Shown piece by piece: positions 8,956-18,178 of a DNA stretch of 48,224 nt; position 1 is the first letter of the stretch, and every line of letters begins with the position of its first letter. The stretch is from an uncultured Planctomycetales bacterium (lineage in GTDB: Bacteria; 4484-113; JAFGCY01): assembly GCA_964512635.1 (NCBI GenBank), contig CAZEJB010000012.1:57989-106212 (forward strand), read 5' to 3'. Made by a program: the position numbers and the translations under genes. The notes below the pieces were generated by a model. It worked only from the letters and a program-made list of their open reading frames with translations, searched no databases and had not been told where the DNA came from.

Positions 8956-11352
8956 TTAGTGTTTCCTGTACTTTTCTGGAGTGATCGGCTGAGCGTCAAT
9001 CTGTCCGTCAAGGAGCTGGATTTCGTATGCCTCAACACCCGGCTTCATAAACCAGCGGCAGGAACTGTCGTCGCGCCTGACCGGCTGGCTGATATCCAGT
9101 GCTGTGCCGTCAAAGTCGTAGGCGGCCAGCAACACCGGCTTGCGTCCTTCGTCATAGTGTTCGCGGTCGTTCTGGTACTGCAGTACGAAGCCGTTTCTGT
9201 TGCGCAGGAAAAAGTCCTGGCGCTGCTTTGAGTTGCTGTCGGCCGCCGCGATCAGTTCGGACAGACCCGGCCAGTACAGTCTCTGCCACAGCAGGGTTTC
9301 TTTTGCATCAAGGCTGGCCAGCAGGCGGCCGTCCGCCGACCAGCGCTCAAAGCTCATGCCCTCAAGGCACTCACCGACCTCCGGAACGTAAGAGTTCATT
9401 CCCATGTATCCAGTTCTGGAGACTGAATCAAGCTCAAAGGCATAGTTGACCCAGTCGGGATGCAGAGGTGTACCGCTGAGCAGGACCAGCTCGCCATTCG
9501 CTACCGGCAGCCAGGCGTAGAAGTCGCGGCCGGCAGCCCAGGCCGGCAGCGCGGGCGCCAGCTGCTGATCCGCCTCCCGCACCAGTTCGTCATAGCGGGC
9601 CTGCAGCTTCGCGGGCAGAGGTGCAGACAACTTCAGGCCACCCAGGTAGTCCTGACCGGTGGCGTAGTCGTAGCTGCCCTGACTCCGGGGCTGCACATAG
9701 GGCAGCTCCAGTGGCCGCAGGTCAAAGTTGCCGGGGAAAAGCAGGCCGCGACGGTACATCTCGCGCGTCGGCAGCATAAAGCCCTGCGCATCAAACTGCA
9801 CCTGTGGAAACTGCACTGTGCCGCTTTGTGCCGAACCGTTGCTCTGGCTGATCTGCCATGGCTGCTCAAACTCAGTTGGCAGGGGCGGGTCCGGCGGGGC
9901 ATAGCCCAGGCGCAGATTCAGTGCGCTTACTGCTTCGGCATAGGCGCTGTAGCGCTTGTCTTCGAGTTTGACAGACCTTGTCATCGGCTCCAGCAGCGCC
10001 AGCTGAGCCAGGTACCAGTCCAGTTCTTCGTAGTCTGCAGCATGAGGATTGGCCGGATCATGAGGCGACTTCGCTATGCAGCGAATCTTCCGGGTGTAGC
10101 CTTCGGCCATTGTGCGCTGTTCAAGCACCAGGCTCGGCAGGACCGGCCCGCCGCTGAAGCGCTGCGGGCCGTCGGCCTGGCCCTCATAGGGCGAAGGCAG
10201 ATCCGGGTCGACCAGGCCAAGCTGAACCTGAGCTTCGTACATGTCCAGCAGATACTCAGGCGGCCAGCTTGTCCCCATGTTCGATCGGCTGTGGTCATAA
10301 GGAGTGCCTGTATCAACCGGGCTGCCGTCATACTCATAGATCAGCACGCCCGCTTCCTGGCCCTCGACGGCAGGTTCTTCGAGCGTGGAGTAACCGCCGC
10401 TGCGGGCATTCAGCCAGCGCTCCGAGTTGCGGGCCTCGGCTTTCAGCACTGTCATGTCCGGCCAGTAAAAGAGCCGCCAGTTGCTGTAATAGTCCGTATC
10501 CGGCGGGTCAAGAGTGCCAAGCAGCCGGCCTGTGCGGTCATAGCGGTACCAGCGCTCGCCCTTGACGCTGTAATAGGGTCCGCCGACGAACTCCTTGCCC
10601 AGCTCGCCGTAACACAGGATGTCGCCGTTGGGTACAAAGACGCAGTCGATGGGCGGCTGCCGGACCAGCCAGGCCGGCACGCGCGGGAAATCCAGCGCCT
10701 CAATGAAGTCGCTGTGCTTAGCTGAGCTGTCCAGTTGCAGGCCGTCCCAGTCCAGCGGGGCGACGATAGCGATCCAGTCCATCTGCTGGCCGCCCCAGTC
10801 TTCGGCGCCCAGCATGTTCAGGCCCAGGGTCTCGCCCACTGTCGGCCGGTCAAAGCGGTATTCATCGCGGATGCCGTTGATAAACTGCGGGATCAGATAG
10901 CCCTCCGGGCTGATGGTCTTGATGGTCACGCGCCAGCCTTCGGGCACTTCAAAGGGCTCGCTGCCATAGGAATAGGTCAGGTGCAGGTGCAGTTTGTAGG
11001 GCTCGCTGGTCAGGCCCTTCAGGCGCTCAAAGGCCCAGAAATCGATCGGCGCATACAGCCCGCGGTAAGGGTTCGCCGGATCATCCAGGGGCCGCAGGCC
11101 GTCACAAAGCTCAGCAATCCGCTGGGTGTTGTTGGTGTAGGCCTCCACTGCATCCGTGTGCTCTCTGGCTCCGTCGCTCTGGGGCACGTCCCAGTTCGGC
11201 ATCGGATAAGGTGCGCTTTCCGAAGTGCTGTCCGCTTTGGTCTGCGCTTCTTCGGCCCGAGCCGCTGCGGGAGCGAGGACATAGGCAGGCAGGAAAAGCA
11301 CCGCCAGCAGCATGATTACTGACCTGCCTAGCAGCACAACATTGCGGCCCAT
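8956..11352 (-). CDS. Secreted protein with two tandem copies of the same novel ~360-aa domain
   Basis: Has a signal peptide. The motif set (DDPANPY / PNGDILCYGE / RLFYWP / YEYDGSPVD and DPANPH / RLYWPG / AAYDFDGTALD) occurs twice within the protein. Confidence 0.75.
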   Translation of the reverse strand: MGRNVVLLGRSVIMLLAVLFLPAYVLAPAAARAEEAQTKADSTSESAPYPMPNWDVPQSDGAREHTDAVEAYTNNTQRIAELCDGLRPLDDPANPYRGLYAPIDFWAFERLKGLTSEPYKLHLHLTYSYGSEPFEVPEGWRVTIKTISPEGYLIPQFINGIRDEYRFDRPTVGETLGLNMLGAEDWGGQQMDWIAIVAPLDWDGLQLDSSAKHSDFIEALDFPRVPAWLVRQPPIDCVFVPNGDILCYGELGKEFVGGPYYSVKGERWYRYDRTGRLLGTLDPPDTDYYSNWRLFYWPDMTVLKAEARNSERWLNARSGGYSTLEEPAVEGQEAGVLIYEYDGSPVDTGTPYDHSRSNMGTSWPPEYLLDMYEAQVQLGLVDPDLPSPYEGQADGPQRFSGGPVLPSLVLEQRTMAEGYTRKIRCIAKSPHDPANPHAADYEELDWYLAQLALLEPMTRSVKLEDKRYSAYAEAVSALNLRLGYAPPDPPLPTEFEQPWQISQSNGSAQSGTVQFPQVQFDAQGFMLPTREMYRRGLLFPGNFDLRPLELPYVQPRSQGSYDYATGQDYLGGLKLSAPLPAKLQARYDELVREADQQLAPALPAWAAGRDFYAWLPVANGELVLLSGTPLHPDWVNYAFELDSVSRTGYMGMNSYVPEVGECLEGMSFERWSADGRLLASLDAKETLLWQRLYWPGLSELIAAADSNSKQRQDFFLRNRNGFVLQYQNDREHYDEGRKPVLLAAYDFDGTALDISQPVRRDDSSCRWFMKPGVEAYEIQLLDGQIDAQPITPEKYRKH

Positions 11353-11504
11353 AAATCACCTCAGCCAGGACTGGCGTGATTTTAGCGCAGCAAAAGGCCG
11401 GGGACGCGCCCCGGCCCTGGATGACCCCATTGTGTGGGCCCGGCTGGCAGGCCGGGCAAAACAAAAGAGCAGGAGCCCCGCACTGCCGCACGGGGCCACA
11501 GGAG

Positions 11505-12029
11505 CTAACCCGCGGCCTGCGCCTTGGGGAAGAACTCCGGCATCTCGTCGGCGCTGGGGCCATAGATGCTCGGCACCGGGATGTCCAGCATGCGCATATA
11601 GACGCTCAGCTGGCCGCGGTGGTGATAAATATGGTTCAGCAGGATCATGCGCGCGACCGCCGCCCGCGGCATGGCGAACAGCACCTGCTCGCCGGCGGTC
11701 AGCTTCCACTCGCTCAGCGCCCACTCGTCGCTCAGGGGCGGCAGGGTCTCGCGCAGCAGCTTCAGGCTCTGCTCAAAGGCGGCCAGAATCTCGGCCTTGT
11801 TCTCCGGCGCCGGCGACTTGGCCATCTCGCTGATGTCCATGCTGTCCTTCAAAAGCATGCCAAGGATGCCCTGCGGCCCCGCGGCAATGTGGTGGGCCAG
11901 ATAGCCCAGGGTCATGCTCTTCTCGTGCGGCTGCCAGGCGAGCTGCTCCTCGGGCAGACGCTCAAGGCACTTGCCGGTGGCCGCAGCCTCACCTTCGAAT
12001 TCAGCCAGAATCTGCTGCATGATGCTCAT
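11505..12029 (-). CDS. DinB-family (DinB_2/YfiT-like) protein
   Basis: 174 aa with His-rich helices (YLAHHIA, NHIYHHRGQ) typical of the DinB_2 four-helix bundle. Confidence 0.7.
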   Translation of the reverse strand: MSIMQQILAEFEGEAAATGKCLERLPEEQLAWQPHEKSMTLGYLAHHIAAGPQGILGMLLKDSMDISEMAKSPAPENKAEILAAFEQSLKLLRETLPPLSDEWALSEWKLTAGEQVLFAMPRAAVARMILLNHIYHHRGQLSVYMRMLDIPVPSIYGPSADEMPEFFPKAQAAG

Positions 12030-12144
12030 TACCCCATCTCCTTGCGGCCTTGCCGCTGTGTTTTTGTCGGCGGCCTGAGGCCGCCGCTACTTCCCATTTC
12101 TGTACGGGCGGCATCATTGCCGCCCAGCACCAGTAGGGGCGCCA

Positions 12145-12831
12145 TCACCGGCGCCCAGCCTCGCCTGCCGGCTTTAACAGCAGCAGGCCGAGGATGTAGT
12201 CGCGGACATGCCGCAGACAGTCGGAAACAACGCTATCCGGCCCGCCGGCCTTGTGCAGGATCAGCCCGCCCTGCATCGCCGCGGCGAACAGCCGCGCCAG
12301 AGCCATATGGTCAAGCTGCCGCCCGCGGCTGGCTGCCGCCTCCGCGATCAGCCCGCCGATGGCCTGGCTGGTCTCTTCAAAGGCGCGGCCGGCAGCCTCC
12401 CTAAGCTGCGGGTGCGAGTGTCCGGTCTCCTGCACGGTCGTGCCGATCAGGCAGCTCTTGAGGACATCCGGGTTCTCAAAGAGCGCCACAAAAAAGTCGA
12501 GTGTCCCGCGCAGCCGCTCCAGCGGACTCTCCAGCTGCATACAGGGCTGGCTGAGCAGCATGCCCCGGACTCCTGTGGTCCAGGCTTCCATGCAGGATTC
12601 CGCCAGCGCTTCCTTGTTACGGAAGTGATGGAAGAAGGCGCCCTTGCTGACCCCGGCGGCCTGACAGATCTGCTCCACACTGGTGGCACTGTAACCATGC
12701 TGGCGGATCAGGTCTATCCCGGCCTTGATCAGCCTGCCGCGCGAACCGCTCGCCGACTGGTCGGTACGCTGCTTGCGTGCAGTCTGCTCAACCTTGTCGC
12801 CCGAATTCTGTTTGGCATCATTTGCCGGCAC
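12145..12831 (-). CDS. TetR-family transcriptional regulator
   Basis: N-terminal HTH segment GYSATSVEQICQAAGVSKGAFFHHFRNKEAL. It is transcribed divergently from the PKD lipoprotein gene. Confidence 0.85.
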   Translation of the reverse strand: MPANDAKQNSGDKVEQTARKQRTDQSASGSRGRLIKAGIDLIRQHGYSATSVEQICQAAGVSKGAFFHHFRNKEALAESCMEAWTTGVRGMLLSQPCMQLESPLERLRGTLDFFVALFENPDVLKSCLIGTTVQETGHSHPQLREAAGRAFEETSQAIGGLIAEAAASRGRQLDHMALARLFAAAMQGGLILHKAGGPDSVVSDCLRHVRDYILGLLLLKPAGEAGRR

Positions 12832-12842
12832 ATCGCTATATT

Positions 12843-12860
12843 ACCGACCGGTTGGTACGG
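12843..12860. promoter_or_regulatory. Candidate TetR operator (imperfect palindrome ACCGACCGGTTGGT) in the divergent intergenic region
   Basis: 14-bp inverted repeat centred on CCGG, between the TetR gene and the PKD lipoprotein gene. Confidence 0.25.
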
Positions 12861-12937
12861 TGTCAAGACTTTGCTAAACACGACCTAACATGAGTGCGTG
12901 CTGAAGAGGGAATGCGTGGCATAACAGAGCGTCAGTA

Positions 12938-15232
12938 ATGCTGGCTGACGGAGTCATGGAAATGATCAAGTCCTTGCCGCCTGTGCTTAGCGCCACCTGG
13001 CTGGTGCTTTGCTGCCTTCTGCTGGCCCTGTCCGGCTGCTCCGGCCGCAAGGGCTCACCGCAGCAGCAGCTTGAGCCCGATCCGATCTTTCATCCTGCGG
13101 TTGTCGCAGATGCAGTGGCGCAGCAGGTCGCGCTGCCCGCGCCGTCAAGCCTGGCCGGCAAGGCCAATGCGGCATCCAGCTTTGACGACCGCCTGTGCTT
13201 CGGCAATCAGTGGGAAGCCGCATTGCCAAACAACAAGGTCGCCGACAGCACCTTCTCGCCGCAGTACGCCGGTGCCGCCGGGCGCACGCTTGCCGACTGC
13301 GCCTATGCGATCTACGGTTTCGGCGAGCTGAATCTGTACCACGGCGAGCCGGTGATCAAGCTGCGCTGGCTGGACGCTCTGGACCAGCCGCAGAATGTTT
13401 ACGTCGCGCTGGCCAACCGGCAGCTCGACCGCTGGGACTGGTTCAAGATGCCTGCCAGCGGCGACGTGGCAGTACCGAGCCTTGGGCCCTATCAGGATGC
13501 CGCCAGCGAGGGCATGGTGGCTGTTGTCTCACTCGATAACGGCGACTTCGGCCTGGACTATGTCCTGTGGGGCGATGCCTATGGCATTAATGTGAACCTG
13601 GTCACTGACCTCAACCCCAACCCGGTCTACAACATCGCTCCACTGACGGTTAACTTTGATGTCAGCGGCTCGGTTTCCTACGGGGGTGTCATCAGCGGCT
13701 ATGACTTCGACTGGGAAGACGACGGGGTCTTCGACCTGACGGGCAATACGGACGGCCTTGTCCAGCACGTCTTTAGCGCCGGCAAGCAGCGGGTGGCCAT
13801 CAGCGCCACTGACGACCTCGGCCAGAGCAGCACAACCTATCTGAACTTCGTCTCCATTGACCCGAACAACCAGCCGCCGATCGCCTCCTTTACGCTCAGT
13901 CCGAACAACGGCGACGGTCCGCTGACGGTCAGCTGCGACGCATCCAGCAGCTCCGATCCCGACGGCAGCATCGTTGAGTACCGCTGGGACTTTGACGGCG
14001 ACGGAACAGACGACTTCATCTCACCCTCAGCCCAGACCAGCCACGTCTTCGCCCGGGCCGGTACAAGCCCGGTGCGCCTGACCATTGAGGACAACTACTT
14101 TCGCGAGGCGACCCAAAGCAAGGTGGTGACTATCCAGCACGGCTGGCACGAGTCGGTGATTGACTCTGCGGCCGACGCCCGCACTCCCGTCGCGCTCTGC
14201 ACTTCAGGCTCACCGGGACGCGCCAGCGTGGCCTACATCGATACCTACAACCATGAGCTGCGCTTTTGCCATGCGAACAACGACCAGGGCAGCACCTGGG
14301 GCGCGGTAAGGATTCCGGCCAGCGCGGAGTTCGGCCTGGTCGGCCAGGTCAGCATGGTAACCAGCATCGGCAGCGGCGTGCCGATCATCTGCTATGGCGA
14401 CTTTGAGAACAGCTATGGCCTCTTCACTGTGACCGCCGCCAACCCCGCCGGCGGCAGCTGGCTGTCCCCGGTGCTGGTGGATGGCAGCAACCATACCGGC
14501 CTGCGCGCCCGGATGAGCCTGGTCAACACCATCCCGGTAATCGCGGCTGCGGCGACCTATAGCCAGCAGGACCGCAACGACGTGTTCTATTACACCGCCA
14601 AGGACCTCGACGCTGCTGACTGGAACGCGCCCAGCATCGTCCTGCCGATGCAGGACGGCATCGAGTATGGCCAGCCGGCGATTGGCTACAGTGCAAACGG
14701 CCTGTTCAAGACGCCCTTTCTGCTGATCCCGCGCTTTGAGGACGGCCAGGCGATCAGCAGCACGCTGGTCCGGGCTGCTGATGTCAGCGGTTCGAACTGG
14801 AACCCCGGCCAGGCAGTAGCAGCCTATATGGAAGCGGGCAGCTTTGTTATGTCAGCCGGCTGCCCGGCCTTCTGCGGGGCCACCGCCACGGCCGGCGGGA
14901 CGATTGCCTTTTATCGCTCCGTAAACGCTGACGGCACTTCCTTCCCGGCAAGTCCGCACAACATCGTGTACCAGGGCGGACAGGCGGTCGGGGTCATCCA
15001 CGGCGGCGTGCCGGAGATCTACTACTACACCCCGGGCCTCGACGACATCCTGCTGCTGCGCGCCAAGGACAGCCTTGGCGATGAATGGGACCAGCCCTAT
15101 GCCGTCGCTGAGAACCTGAACTACAGCGGCGGCCAGCTCGGCGTGACCCTGGTCAACGGCGAGCCGGTGCTGGCCTTCGCCTGGCGCGGCGATGTCGGGG
15201 TCTATGAGCTGCATAGCGCCAGCTGGTATTAG
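12938..15232 (+). CDS. Lipoprotein with two PKD domains and a BNR/Asp-box-like beta-propeller
   Basis: Lipobox LALSGC. PKD signatures PLTVNFDVSGS..DFDWEDDGVFD and PLTVSCDASSSSDPDGSIVEYRWDFDGDG. C-terminal repeats carry YxDxxNxxL(R/K)F and D-x-G-x-(T/S)-W motifs. Confidence 0.8.
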   Translation: MLADGVMEMIKSLPPVLSATWLVLCCLLLALSGCSGRKGSPQQQLEPDPIFHPAVVADAVAQQVALPAPSSLAGKANAASSFDDRLCFGNQWEAALPNNKVADSTFSPQYAGAAGRTLADCAYAIYGFGELNLYHGEPVIKLRWLDALDQPQNVYVALANRQLDRWDWFKMPASGDVAVPSLGPYQDAASEGMVAVVSLDNGDFGLDYVLWGDAYGINVNLVTDLNPNPVYNIAPLTVNFDVSGSVSYGGVISGYDFDWEDDGVFDLTGNTDGLVQHVFSAGKQRVAISATDDLGQSSTTYLNFVSIDPNNQPPIASFTLSPNNGDGPLTVSCDASSSSDPDGSIVEYRWDFDGDGTDDFISPSAQTSHVFARAGTSPVRLTIEDNYFREATQSKVVTIQHGWHESVIDSAADARTPVALCTSGSPGRASVAYIDTYNHELRFCHANNDQGSTWGAVRIPASAEFGLVGQVSMVTSIGSGVPIICYGDFENSYGLFTVTAANPAGGSWLSPVLVDGSNHTGLRARMSLVNTIPVIAAAATYSQQDRNDVFYYTAKDLDAADWNAPSIVLPMQDGIEYGQPAIGYSANGLFKTPFLLIPRFEDGQAISSTLVRAADVSGSNWNPGQAVAAYMEAGSFVMSAGCPAFCGATATAGGTIAFYRSVNADGTSFPASPHNIVYQGGQAVGVIHGGVPEIYYYTPGLDDILLLRAKDSLGDEWDQPYAVAENLNYSGGQLGVTLVNGEPVLAFAWRGDVGVYELHSASWY

Positions 15233-15485
15233 GCGCGGGCCTTATTGCCCTGCGGATCCATATCAGTGGCGCGGGCCGTCCCGCCCGTAGCAGGCTGGCC
15301 GGATGCCTCGCTGTGGAGGTTTGCCCGGTCTGACAGATTGAGGCCTCGATCACCATTTCGCGGGCAGCCTTGCCCGTGCCACTGATCTGTACGGTAGTCA
15401 CCGATCAGTACGGCCGGCATGGGGACCCATAGGGGCGCACAGAGTGCGTCCCGCCCTTAGCGAGCTGCGGCGGCCCCCGGCGGGA

Positions 15486-18053
15486 CTAGAAGTAGCCCCG
15501 CACATACATCAGGTTGCTGTTGGTGCGGTCGAAGTAGCTGATCGCCGGCTGGCCACCGAGATCGATCAAGGATGTGTACTCGCCGCTGTTTGATGCGGAG
15601 GCGTCCGCGTTTACCGCGGCGTTCCAGCTCGCTCCGCTGGCGTCCGTGGCCAGGACAAAACGCAGGTTCTGGTTGGTGACATCGTAGTAACTGACTCCAG
15701 GAACAGCACCCACGACAGCCAGAGATGTGAAAGCCCCGGTGAACTGGCCATTATTGACGTTGCCGTCGAGTGTCAGGTAGGAGACGAGGTCACCGTCACT
15801 GGAAAAAAACACTGCTAAACTCAGCTGACTGGCCAGGCCCATACTTCCAGACAATTCTTCATAGAAGCTGGCTTTGGGCAGCCCGTTAACGAGGGCCAGA
15901 GAGCAGTACTGCCCGGAACCAGAATTCGATCCCGCAAATTTGTGCATCGTCCCCCAGTCTGATCCTTCGGCATCAAGCGCTCTCAGATAGTAGGCCCCGC
16001 GCTGGGCAGAGCTGTCAGCGCTGTAAAAGGCCACGGCCGGCCGGCCGTTGATCTCGGCGAGAGAGCAGTGTGAGCCGATATCGCCGTCGCTGGCCAAGGT
16101 GATGGGTACTCCCCAGCTTGCTCCATTGCTGTCCAGCGCCCGCACATACAGCATGTCTTGCGCAAAATAGGTGTGGTAGGCGATGGCAGGCAAGCCGTTG
16201 ATCAGCTTGAGCGAACAATCGACTCCAGGGATGTCGCTGCCGCCGGAGGCGACCACAATCGGTGCATCCCAGGCGCCGCCGACGGAATCGCTGGCGCGGA
16301 TAAAGTGTAGGTCGCTAGGCGCCCGGCTGGCTAGGGCAATGGCCGGGTGGCCGTTAACAATCGCCAGCGAAGTCGAGTTACCTGAGAAATTTTCGCTGAG
16401 AGCCTGGTCCAGGGCGGCACCCGGCGCACCCCAGGTATCGCCTTGCGCATCCAGGGCGCGGGTGTAGTAGAGATACTGATTGGGCGCGTCTGCTACGCCG
16501 ATGCCCAGATAGCTGATCGCCGGATTTCCGTCGACCAGCGCCATCGAGGTAGCACGGCCGCGCTGTTCCGGGCCGCCATCAACGACCACCGGGTCGAAAA
16601 AGCCCTGCACTGTGAGCGGCCTGGCATCGGTATCCGTCGCGCCAGTGTTGTCGGTTATCCGCACGCCAAGGTCGAAGAGGCCCGGCGTGTCCGCGCTGAT
16701 GTCCAGGGTCGGGATTGGATCGCCGATGAAGTCGTCTTCGGCCAGCGTCTCGTATGTCCCATCGCCATCCGTGTCCCACTCGATCTTGTCGATGAAGCCA
16801 TCGACGTCGCTGCTGGCGCTGGCGTCAAGGGTCACGGTCGCCCCCCTGGACGCTACATCGGCCGACAGGCTCAGCGCCGCCACCGGCGCGTAGTTGTCGA
16901 TCTCGATGCTGACGGTGTCAGTGGCCGTCGCGCCGTCGTCGTCGGTCACCCGCAGGCGAGCTGTATAGCTGCCGGTGTCAGGATAGGTGAACTGCGCTCC
17001 GGGGGCAGCGCCCGAGTTGTCGTAAATCCCGTCGTCTTCGAAGTCGAACTCATACAGCACAATGCTGCCGTCGCTGTCAGCGCTGGCGCCGGCGTCGAAG
17101 TCCACCGTCAGTGGTGCGCTGCCGACCAGCGGACTGGCCTGCAGTTCGGCCAGCGGCGGCGTATTGACGCCGATCAGCAACGTGTCTGTACTGCTCTTGC
17201 CTTCGTCGTCGCTGACCCGCAGTGTGACGAGGTAGTCGCCGGAGTCGCTGAAGCTGTGCTGGGCCTGCGCTTCAGCGCTGGAGAAATCCACCGTCCCGTC
17301 GCTTTCGAAGTCAAACTCAAACAGCGTGATGCTGCCGTCGGGATCGCTGCTGGCGCCGGCGTCGAAGCTCACCTCCAGGGGAGGCGTCCCGGCCAGCACA
17401 TCCGCCAGCAGATCGGCGACCGGAGCGTCGTTTTGCAGGGTGCGCACTGTGATTCCCTGCAGGGCAATGTTGCTGCCAAGGGGCGCGACCAGAGCGAAGT
17501 AGGCCGTCGCGGGGTCAGCCGCAGAGAGATTGACCGCGTTGTCGAGATCGAGAGTCAGCAGCAGGCTGCTTTCAGCGCTGCTGAATGGACCGCTCAGGCT
17601 CCAGCGCCCGCTGCTGTAGTCGCTCAGCGCGACAAAGCAGGGGTCAATCCCGCCCTGGCCCTGCAAGTCAAACTGCACTTCGACCAGAGATCCTTCCGGT
17701 GGGGCAAAGCCGAAGAGCACCCATTCGAAGGCTCCGTCGTCCGTGGCATCCAGGCGGCCAAGGGGCGGATCCGATGGACCTTCCAGCGCATAGCCAGGGC
17801 TGCTGAGCAGTGACTCATCTGGCGCGATCTGCGCGTCCACCAGCGAACTCGAGCCGCGCAGGGTGTTGAGAGTCGGCAGACCGCGGCTGATCTGCTGGCG
17901 CAGCGCCGGCGCGATCCGCAGCCGTTCATGCATAGCTTCCAGACCGGCCGCAGGCCGTGGCTGGATGGCTTGTGTGCCGCCGCAGGCGCACAGAGACATG
18001 CCCACAAGAAGTGCTAAGACCTGCCATAAACCAGATGCAAGCGGATTCTTCAA
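15486..18053 (-). CDS. Secreted protein with three to four PKD domains and a BNR/Asp-box-like beta-propeller
   Basis: PKD motifs PLEVSFDAGASSDPDGSITLFEFDFESDG and PLTVDFDAGASADSDGSIVLYEFDFEDDG. Blades such as ASDSVGGAWDAP and ALDSNGASWGVP. The track ORF begins at a GTG at 18164. A TTG at 18053 with a GGAGA Shine-Dalgarno gives an MKNPLASGLWQVLALLVG signal peptide. Confidence 0.75.
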   Translation of the reverse strand: MKNPLASGLWQVLALLVGMSLCACGGTQAIQPRPAAGLEAMHERLRIAPALRQQISRGLPTLNTLRGSSSLVDAQIAPDESLLSSPGYALEGPSDPPLGRLDATDDGAFEWVLFGFAPPEGSLVEVQFDLQGQGGIDPCFVALSDYSSGRWSLSGPFSSAESSLLLTLDLDNAVNLSAADPATAYFALVAPLGSNIALQGITVRTLQNDAPVADLLADVLAGTPPLEVSFDAGASSDPDGSITLFEFDFESDGTVDFSSAEAQAQHSFSDSGDYLVTLRVSDDEGKSSTDTLLIGVNTPPLAELQASPLVGSAPLTVDFDAGASADSDGSIVLYEFDFEDDGIYDNSGAAPGAQFTYPDTGSYTARLRVTDDDGATATDTVSIEIDNYAPVAALSLSADVASRGATVTLDASASSDVDGFIDKIEWDTDGDGTYETLAEDDFIGDPIPTLDISADTPGLFDLGVRITDNTGATDTDARPLTVQGFFDPVVVDGGPEQRGRATSMALVDGNPAISYLGIGVADAPNQYLYYTRALDAQGDTWGAPGAALDQALSENFSGNSTSLAIVNGHPAIALASRAPSDLHFIRASDSVGGAWDAPIVVASGGSDIPGVDCSLKLINGLPAIAYHTYFAQDMLYVRALDSNGASWGVPITLASDGDIGSHCSLAEINGRPAVAFYSADSSAQRGAYYLRALDAEGSDWGTMHKFAGSNSGSGQYCSLALVNGLPKASFYEELSGSMGLASQLSLAVFFSSDGDLVSYLTLDGNVNNGQFTGAFTSLAVVGAVPGVSYYDVTNQNLRFVLATDASGASWNAAVNADASASNSGEYTSLIDLGGQPAISYFDRTNSNLMYVRGYF

Positions 18054-18178
18054 TTCTGTCTCCAGTAAATGGCGGCTTCGAATCTTACCATGCAGGTGCT
18101 CAAGGCAGCTCGGCTGCAAACTTTGTGCGCCCCTACAGGAGAAAAGGGTGGGGACAAGCCCCACCCTATGCGACTCTG

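Noticed and set aside
9460-10725. 421-aa + strand ORF
   Set aside because: Antisense shadow ORF inside the 798-aa secreted-protein gene.
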